Assembly (NCBI GenBank): GCA_965204725.1
Contig: OZ242005.1
Location: forward strand, 32,001-96,000
Length of the DNA stretch: 64,000 bases
Source: Candidatus Latescibacterota bacterium
GTDB taxonomy: Bacteria; Latescibacterota; UBA2968; UBA8231
Direction of reading: 5' to 3'
Part shown: piece after piece, positions 57,942 through 64,000 of the stretch
Position numbering within the stretch: the first letter of the stretch is position 1
Layout of the letters: each line of letters opens with the position of its first letter
Program-made: the position numbers and the translations under genes
The notes under the pieces: model-generated
Databases searched by the model: none
What the model was told of the DNA's origin: nothing
Seen by the model: only the letters and a program-made list of their open reading frames with translations

Positions 57942-59885
57942 TCAGAACACGACCTGCGACACGGCCTTGGAAATCAGCGCGACGGCAATGGACGTCATGC
58001 CGATTAGGCCCACGCCGCACGAGTACCCAGCCAGCACGATGGGCGCGTACGCGTACCAACGCTCGGGGCCAAAGCGCTTTTGCAAGTAGAAGCGGCCCAG
58101 CAGGGCGCCGACGAAGTTGAGGATGGCAAAGTGCGGCCAGCCGCCGAGGCCGGCGACAAAACCATAGAAGATCCCCAGCGGCGCACTCAGCGCACTCAGC
58201 AGCGCGTACAACGCGCCGCTAAAGACCAGCCCAACCCCGATGTAATCCCAGCGAATAATTTGCGTCACCAAGCTCTGGCCCGCGCCCGGCAGCGTTGACT
58301 TGGCCCAAAACGCCTGCATCGTGGCGTGGAAGGGCCACATCTTTTGCACGAATGGGTAGGCCGAGGAGGGAATCGGCCCGAGCTTCCAGATCAGCGACCA
58401 GAACAGGAAGCTACACGCGAACATGACGGCCAAGGTCAGGGCCGTCATCTTGACGATGCTGCCAAAGCGGGTGCGGGTTAGCTGGAGTTGCTTAAACACT
58501 TGCGCCTCGTAGCCCCACTGAAAGATCGGCACTGGCGCGAACCAAATCCCAGCCCCTTGGTAGCCAGACAAATAGAAGCTGGCCTCGCGCAGATAGGGGA
58601 ACGTAACGCCCTGCGGCGACCCGGTCAGGCCGATCATCCGCGTGCCGATGTACGAATAGATCGGCGTCCACACAAAGCCAAAGAGCGCGGTGATCCACCA
58701 AGGAAAATCGGGCACCAAATAGTACACCATCAGCACAAAGCCCAGCGTGCTCACCGCCCAAATTCCCAAAGCCGTGGCTATGCGGATGTCGCCGCGCTCG
58801 GGGGAGACCTCCTTGAGTGGGGCGCGCTCCTTGCCGGCCGCGAGCAAGACCTTGCCCGCCGTATAAAAGCCAATGGCCGCGACCACGATGGCCCCTCCCA
58901 GCGAAAAGCTCAGCCAGAAGTCGAAGGTATTGGCGATCTGGGTGGGAATCGACGACATGCCCGGCTCCCAAGTGTGCAGGATGCCGTAGGCATAGAGGAC
59001 GGGATTGGCGACCAAGTTCACCAAGATCGACGAGGAAAATACCCCGACTACGACCCAAAACGGCAGCACCAAGCCGAATAGCACGTGGATCAAATCCGTG
59101 GCCAAGCCGATGACTGCGGCAGGCAAAACCGCCTTGAGCGGCACTGTGAAGTCGATGAAGGGGATCGGCAAAATCGACACGGTTTCGGTCAAAAAAACCG
59201 ACGACAGCGTGGGCACCACCACGTAGAATACCCCCCACACGGCCCCGATAAAGGCCCCCGTGCTGAACACGTGCCAGCGCCAACCCTCCTGCTTGGCCGA
59301 GGTCTCGGCGAGGGCCGTCGCGCCGCCGGCCTGTACGTAGGCCATGGGAAAGGGCAAGCGCTCAATGTCGTGGGTGATGCGGAAGAGCACGTAGCCCAAC
59401 GACAGGGCATTGACGCGCTGCAGGGCAACGGCGCAGAGGAGGATGACGATGGGCTTGAGCCACGCGCCGGCGAGGAAGCTGCGCTCTAAGAGCGCGTCCG
59501 AACCCCGCGGGGGCACGACCCAAGTGGGAATGTGTTCGGCCAGCCCGTCGGCCTGGGGCGATTGGATCAGATATTGATCCCAGATCAACACGCCAAATGG
59601 GCCGCCGAACAGGTCGGCCCCCGTGCCCAGCTTGCCGCCCATGATCACCAAGCCCCCGGCCACCCAGTAGAGGATGATGATCTCTTGGGTCCGCAGGGTC
59701 ACAAAGGTGCGCTTGGCCATTTCGATAAAGAGAATCAAGGTGACCCATTCGGCACCCCCGGCCATGCTCATCCCCGTCACCAGCCCGAGGTAAATCGCGC
59801 CCGGCAGCATCACGAAGCCGACGAAGAGCGCGGCCCACAGGGTCTTTGCATTAAAGCCCGGTTCAAACGGGGCGTCGGCGGGCAT
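57942..59885 (-). CDS. OPT-like 'peptide transporter' polytopic membrane protein (alternative GTG start at 59933)
   Basis: FEPGFNAKT, MLPGAIYLGL, AEWVTLILFIE, DIERLPFPMA, PIPSSAYPF; highly hydrophobic. Confidence 0.72.
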   Translation of the reverse strand: MPADAPFEPGFNAKTLWAALFVGFVMLPGAIYLGLVTGMSMAGGAEWVTLILFIEMAKRTFVTLRTQEIIILYWVAGGLVIMGGKLGTGADLFGGPFGVLIWDQYLIQSPQADGLAEHIPTWVVPPRGSDALLERSFLAGAWLKPIVILLCAVALQRVNALSLGYVLFRITHDIERLPFPMAYVQAGGATALAETSAKQEGWRWHVFSTGAFIGAVWGVFYVVVPTLSSVFLTETVSILPIPFIDFTVPLKAVLPAAVIGLATDLIHVLFGLVLPFWVVVGVFSSSILVNLVANPVLYAYGILHTWEPGMSSIPTQIANTFDFWLSFSLGGAIVVAAIGFYTAGKVLLAAGKERAPLKEVSPERGDIRIATALGIWAVSTLGFVLMVYYLVPDFPWWITALFGFVWTPIYSYIGTRMIGLTGSPQGVTFPYLREASFYLSGYQGAGIWFAPVPIFQWGYEAQVFKQLQLTRTRFGSIVKMTALTLAVMFACSFLFWSLIWKLGPIPSSAYPFVQKMWPFHATMQAFWAKSTLPGAGQSLVTQIIRWDYIGVGLVFSGALYALLSALSAPLGIFYGFVAGLGGWPHFAILNFVGALLGRFYLQKRFGPERWYAYAPIVLAGYSCGVGLIGMTSIAVALISKAVSQVVF

Positions 59886-59946
59886 AACCGCGAAGCGCTC
59901 TGGGGCGTTGGCCGACGACAAAGACAAAATCACTCCCCTCGCTTGC

Positions 59947-61599
59947 TCAGTTCTGCACCGACTCGTCGGCCAAGTACCGCAGGTGCTCTTCATACACCTC
60001 AATCTGCGCGGCGTATTTTTCGTGCAAATCCCGCAGGTAGCGATTGAAGAACGCCCGCTCGACGCGCTCCCGCACATCCCGCACCACCGCATTCCGCACC
60101 CTCTCAAGGTCTAGGCCGTGATAAATCTCTGGGTATCGTGCGATCACCCGGAAGATCGAATAGCCTCCTCTCGTTTGGATCGGCCCTTGGAGTTGGTCTA
60201 ACTCGGCGTTCATCACCGCGTTCATCCAAGCCTCCCCCAAAAAGGGGGCCTGTGACTCGGAGACGTATAGGAGACCATCTTCGGCGTTGCGGCGGCGACT
60301 GTGGGCGCGAGCCAGCGCCGACCACTCGGCCCCCGCCTCAATCTGCGCGGCGATTTGTCGCGCCTCGCTTGGGGTTTCGAGCAAAATCTCCTCTAATTGG
60401 GCGTGGGGCGGGCTGCGGAAGCGGCGCTTGTGCTCCTCGTAGAAGGCCCGTAGCTCGTCCTCGGTCGGCTCGGGGGCCTCTGTCAAAATTTGCTCGCGCA
60501 GCTTTATCAACATCAAGTTGCCCAACGCCAAAGCATGAGACCGCGCAAAAGCCTCGGTTTTATCGAGGCCCTTGCGCCGAGCGTCGTGGGCCATCAGGCG
60601 GGTGGGGAAGTGGTTCTCCGATAGTTTCTCGTTGACCGCGTCGGCGCTGGCTTCCGGCCACCGTTGGCCCGAGGGCCGCACGGCCTCTACGACCTCGGCC
60701 ACATCCATAAGCAAGCCCTCAAAAGCATAGACCGGCTGCTGGCGCTGCGCCTCGTCCAAGTCGGCATAGTCTAACGCGCCCTGTAAGACAGCTACGACCA
60801 CATCCATGCCCTCGGCGTCAAACACCGTGTCCAAATCCCACTTGAGGTGCCGCAGGTACGATTCGCGCAGTTGCTTTTGCTGCTCGTCGCGCAGTGCTTG
60901 GCGGATGCCTTCCTCGACCTCGGCCAAATCAACGCGGTCGCGCTCGGCCACCTTGGCGATGACGAATCCTCCGTGCAAGGGGAGCGGCTCGGTCACGCCG
61001 CCGACGGGCAGGGCGAAAACGGCTTGGGCTAGGTCGCGGGGGCTGTCGAAGGGCGAATAGGCCAGCCGCCGGATTTCGCCGGTGTGCATGCCGTAGTAAG
61101 GGTCGGCCGCGAATTGACGACCGGCTTCCGCAAAGTCCGCGCCCTGCGCCAAAAGCCCTTGCACCTGCCGCGCCTGCTGCCGACTGGGGACAAAAATCTC
61201 CAGCGCGACGACTTTTTCTCCCCACCCCGGCCGCGTGTAGGCCGCTGCGACGTCGTCCTCATCAACCGCGACCTTGGCCGCGACATTGCGCTGCATCATC
61301 ACGTCGGCGAGGGCCTTGGTTTCGCGCTGGGCGAGTTCGGCCAAGACCGCTTCATCGCGCTGCAACCCCCGGTGGTTGGCCTCCAAAAGCAATACCTCGC
61401 GGTCTATGAGCGTCTGCAAGTTGGCCCGGTGCTGGGCGCGCTGGGCCGCCGTTTTGAGGCTGTTCTCGAAAGTGTGCAGATCGGCCACGGTAATTTCGAC
61501 CTCCCCGACCTGAGCCAGCAGCGAGGCGTTGTCCGGCCGCTCGTCGCCGCAGCCAATACAGGCTCCGACTAGCAGGCAGGCTAACGGCAATTTGTGCAT
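59947..61599 (-). CDS. Parvulin-type peptidyl-prolyl isomerase / SurA-like lipoprotein
   Basis: Lipobox CIGC; LAQVGEVEIT; two PpiC domains (GADFAEAGRQFA; GAEWSALARAHS...GPIQTRGGYSIF). Confidence 0.85.
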   Translation of the reverse strand: MHKLPLACLLVGACIGCGDERPDNASLLAQVGEVEITVADLHTFENSLKTAAQRAQHRANLQTLIDREVLLLEANHRGLQRDEAVLAELAQRETKALADVMMQRNVAAKVAVDEDDVAAAYTRPGWGEKVVALEIFVPSRQQARQVQGLLAQGADFAEAGRQFAADPYYGMHTGEIRRLAYSPFDSPRDLAQAVFALPVGGVTEPLPLHGGFVIAKVAERDRVDLAEVEEGIRQALRDEQQKQLRESYLRHLKWDLDTVFDAEGMDVVVAVLQGALDYADLDEAQRQQPVYAFEGLLMDVAEVVEAVRPSGQRWPEASADAVNEKLSENHFPTRLMAHDARRKGLDKTEAFARSHALALGNLMLIKLREQILTEAPEPTEDELRAFYEEHKRRFRSPPHAQLEEILLETPSEARQIAAQIEAGAEWSALARAHSRRRNAEDGLLYVSESQAPFLGEAWMNAVMNAELDQLQGPIQTRGGYSIFRVIARYPEIYHGLDLERVRNAVVRDVRERVERAFFNRYLRDLHEKYAAQIEVYEEHLRYLADESVQN

Positions 61600-61675
61600 A
61601 AAAAGAGGAGCTAGACGGAAGGTCCAGCTCCTCGCAACGAGCCATCCTGCCATACGCGCTACCAGTGCCGGGGCC

Positions 61676-62443
61676 TCAACTCGTCCCATCCGCTGGGGCT
61701 TTTTCCCTCGTGCCTTGGTCCACTGCAAAGCGGAACTCGACGTCGATGGTCTCTTCGGGGTTGCCGCTGGCGTCGAACGAAAGCACAAATTCGCGGAAGG
61801 TCAGCAGCAATTCGTCGTTTTCTGGCAGCAACGGGTCGAAAACCAACATGCCTTTTTGGCTGCTATCGCGGAAGATGGGGCGATGGCGGTGAAAAACCGT
61901 CTTGTAGATAATGCCCATGCGCTCCAAGTTGATTTCGCGCTCATTGCCCGAAGTTCCCAGCTCCATTTTGTAGTACTTGGTGAAGCTGTTGGCCCCCAAC
62001 ACGATGGCCCCCTCGCGCCCGGGATCGTAGTAGCGATAGGTCTCGCCGCCCGATTCCATGGTCGCCTTGGCCGGGTCGAATTCAATTTTGGCATAGGTCA
62101 GGTTTACGACCTCGACCTCAAAGACTGTGAACTGCGGCGGGATATAGCCCTTTTCGGGATCAATAGTGCCCCGGGTGTAGGGGTTCACGTGGCGACCGTC
62201 GTACAGGGGCGGGAAGCGCTCGTTGAGCTCGGGGTCGCTCAGATGCCGCACCTTGATCAAAAGCCCCTCTTTGCTAAATACCATCGAGCTGTCGTCCGGG
62301 TCGATGGTGTAATCGCCGCGGCCCTCGGGCAGGACGGGCATCACGTGTAGATCGTACACGCGCTGCGGCGGAATTAGCCCGCCGCAGCTCCAGACTAGCC
62401 CGAGCGCCACGAAGCCGAGGAGCACCATGTACCTCGTTCTCAT
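61676..62443 (-). CDS. Hypothetical lipoprotein
   Basis: Lipobox VWSC; RBS AGGGAG; GMLVFDPL; co-oriented with exbBD. Confidence 0.75.
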   Translation of the reverse strand: MRTRYMVLLGFVALGLVWSCGGLIPPQRVYDLHVMPVLPEGRGDYTIDPDDSSMVFSKEGLLIKVRHLSDPELNERFPPLYDGRHVNPYTRGTIDPEKGYIPPQFTVFEVEVVNLTYAKIEFDPAKATMESGGETYRYYDPGREGAIVLGANSFTKYYKMELGTSGNEREINLERMGIIYKTVFHRHRPIFRDSSQKGMLVFDPLLPENDELLLTFREFVLSFDASGNPEETIDVEFRFAVDQGTREKAPADGTS

Positions 62444-62478
62444 AAATGCAACTCCCTTTTTGCTCGTTCTCGTTGTTG

Positions 62479-62898
62479 TCACTGGGTTGGTTCCTCGGTT
62501 TCAACGTCGATCTGCTCGACGCCGGCCATGGTGGCCGTTTCCATTGCGTCAATGATATGGCCGTGTGCTGCATCGGCGTCCGCGGTGATGATCAACGTCG
62601 CTGAGCCGGTGCGGACCTTCTCGCGCTCTAGCCAGCTTGCGAGCTGGCCCATGGCCACGAGCTGCCCGTTGATTTCGAGCTGGCCCTCGCTCGAGATGCG
62701 TAGGTTCAGCTTCTTCTCGGACTTGAGCTGGTCGTAGTGAACCGAGTCGGGCAACTCAATTTTGAGCTGAGTCGCCTTGACAAAGACCGTGGTGGTCATA
62801 AAGAAGATCAGGAGCAGGAACACCGCGTCTATCATCGGCGTCAGGTTCAGTTCAAATTCGCCGGCCTTGTCGGCCAGCGACTGTCTCCGTTTAGCCAT
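62479..62898 (-). CDS. exbD: Biopolymer transport protein ExbD/TolR
   Basis: LNLTPMIDAVFLLLIFFM, IITADADAAHG. Confidence 0.93.
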   Translation of the reverse strand: MAKRRQSLADKAGEFELNLTPMIDAVFLLLIFFMTTTVFVKATQLKIELPDSVHYDQLKSEKKLNLRISSEGQLEINGQLVAMGQLASWLEREKVRTGSATLIITADADAAHGHIIDAMETATMAGVEQIDVETEEPTQ

Positions 62899-62903
62899 GA
62901 CGC

Positions 62904-63323
62904 TTATCCTTCTCCGCTCTTGGCAAAGGCAATGGCTTCAATGCCCTCGCCGCGGGCGATGTCCATGACCTGCACCACGTAGGCGTGTGGCACGGAGCGC
63001 GCGGACTCCAGGATCACGTTCTTGGTGTTGTCGGCTGCGATGACCTGACGGATCTTTTCCGCCAACCGCGCCTTGTCGGTGATCTCGCCGTTGACTTGGA
63101 TCGTCTGATCCGGGTCAATCACGATGTTCATGTCCTTGGTCGCTCTCGACTCGCCTTCGCCGCCCGGCAGATCGACGCTCAGGCCCTTGGGGTTGACGAA
63201 AGTGGTCGCCACCATAAAGAAAACCAACAGCAAGAACATGCAGTTGATGAGCGGAGTCAGGTCTGGATTCTCCGAGGTCTTGAAGGCACTTTGGCCGAAC
63301 CCGCTCTTTCGTCGCTGCCGCAT
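62904..63323 (-). CDS. exbD: ExbD/TolR paralogue; the conserved TM Asp is replaced by Asn
   Basis: DLTPLINCMFLLLVFFMV, VDLP, VVQVMDIAR. Confidence 0.88.
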   Translation of the reverse strand: MRQRRKSGFGQSAFKTSENPDLTPLINCMFLLLVFFMVATTFVNPKGLSVDLPGGEGESRATKDMNIVIDPDQTIQVNGEITDKARLAEKIRQVIAADNTKNVILESARSVPHAYVVQVMDIARGEGIEAIAFAKSGEG

Positions 63324-63341
63324 CGCAGGGCCTCTTTCTGC

Positions 63342-64000
63342 CTAGCTAGCCTCTTGTTGGCTGGCCTGAAAGCGCACCAGCAGGGTGTTGGCGAAGGCGT
63401 GGCAGTACAGCTCCACGCTCTTAAAGACCTTTTCCGCCCGCCCGGAGAGGTAGCGGTGGAAAACGATGGTCGGAATGGCGACGATGAGGCCACTGGCCGT
63501 CGTAATTAGGGCCTCGGAGATGCCGCTGGCCACGGCCGCCGGATCGCCGGCCCCGGCGCGCGCAATGGCGTCAAAGGCGTGAATCATGCCCATGATCGTC
63601 CCCAACAACCCCATCAGCGGGGAAAGGACGCCAATGGTGCCGAGCGCGTTGAGCAGGCGGCCGAGGTACATCTCGCCGGCTTCCTCCGTCGCCAAGATCA
63701 ACTCTTGGCGCATGTCCTCTAAGTCGGTGCGATTTTCCAGCACCAAGGTATCGTAGCGCTTGACCAAGGCGGCGAAGATGAAGTTGAGGACGCCGCTGCC
63801 CTGCCGGAACAGCTCGATGGCCCCGCCTTCGCCTTGGTTTTTGAGCACGTCCTCGGCCTCGTTGAGCTGCTGCTCGGCCTCCTGTTCGCCCGGGACCATC
63901 AGCAGCCGCCACAGCCGTTCGATGATGATGGCCAGAGCGATCAGCAAGCAGAGCAACATGGGCCACATCATAGGGCCGCCTTTGAAAAACTGGTCAACTA
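63342..64000 (-). CDS. exbB: ExbB/TolQ/MotA proton channel protein, 5' end beyond the window
   Basis: FKGGPMMWP, SPLMGLLGTIMGMI, GISEALITTASGLIVAIP; the frame is open to the window edge. Confidence 0.93.
   Translation of the reverse strand, partial: VDQFFKGGPMMWPMLLCLLIALAIIIERLWRLLMVPGEQEAEQQLNEAEDVLKNQGEGGAIELFRQGSGVLNFIFAALVKRYDTLVLENRTDLEDMRQELILATEEAGEMYLGRLLNALGTIGVLSPLMGLLGTIMGMIHAFDAIARAGAGDPAAVASGISEALITTASGLIVAIPTIVFHRYLSGRAEKVFKSVELYCHAFANTLLVRFQASQQEAS

Overview
GC-rich bacterial chromosomal window. The gene content (PhyH and CehA/McbA paralogues; internalin-type LRR, NHL, PD40 and receptor-L repeat lipoproteins; a FlgD-Ig-tailed secreted protein) suggests a Latescibacterota/Gemmatimonadota-like, possibly sponge-associated organism; this is an inference. 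From left to right: a type IIG (Eco57I-like) methyltransferase with a doubly deleted PLD-SNF2 helicase partner; a catabolic block; a sugar ABC transporter and galM; a toxin-antitoxin (TA) patch with MITEs; a cobalamin-riboswitch-controlled B12 uptake operon; two LRR lipoprotein paralogues; a TIR + trypsin-protease islet; glycogen debranching enzyme, acs, an SDR and manA; and a long minus-strand ExbB/ExbD/ExbD-lipoprotein-PPIase-OPT-like-DUF6785-(pseudo-M28)FtsX envelope cluster interrupted by TA and repeat-protein genes. The best candidates for undescribed biology are (i) two integrase-free 1.6-1.8 kb defence/TA islets, each bracketed by a direct repeat of a host gene 3' end, (ii) the TIR + trypsin gene pair, (iii) the FtsX/DUF6785/OPT-like/ExbBD system, (iv) a BrnA-HEPN chimera, and (v) a candidate ADP-ribosyltransferase (ART)-fold TA pair whose toxin lies between near-perfect inverted repeats. 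No rRNA, tRNA or CRISPR array was seen. All family assignments are from motif recognition, not database searches.
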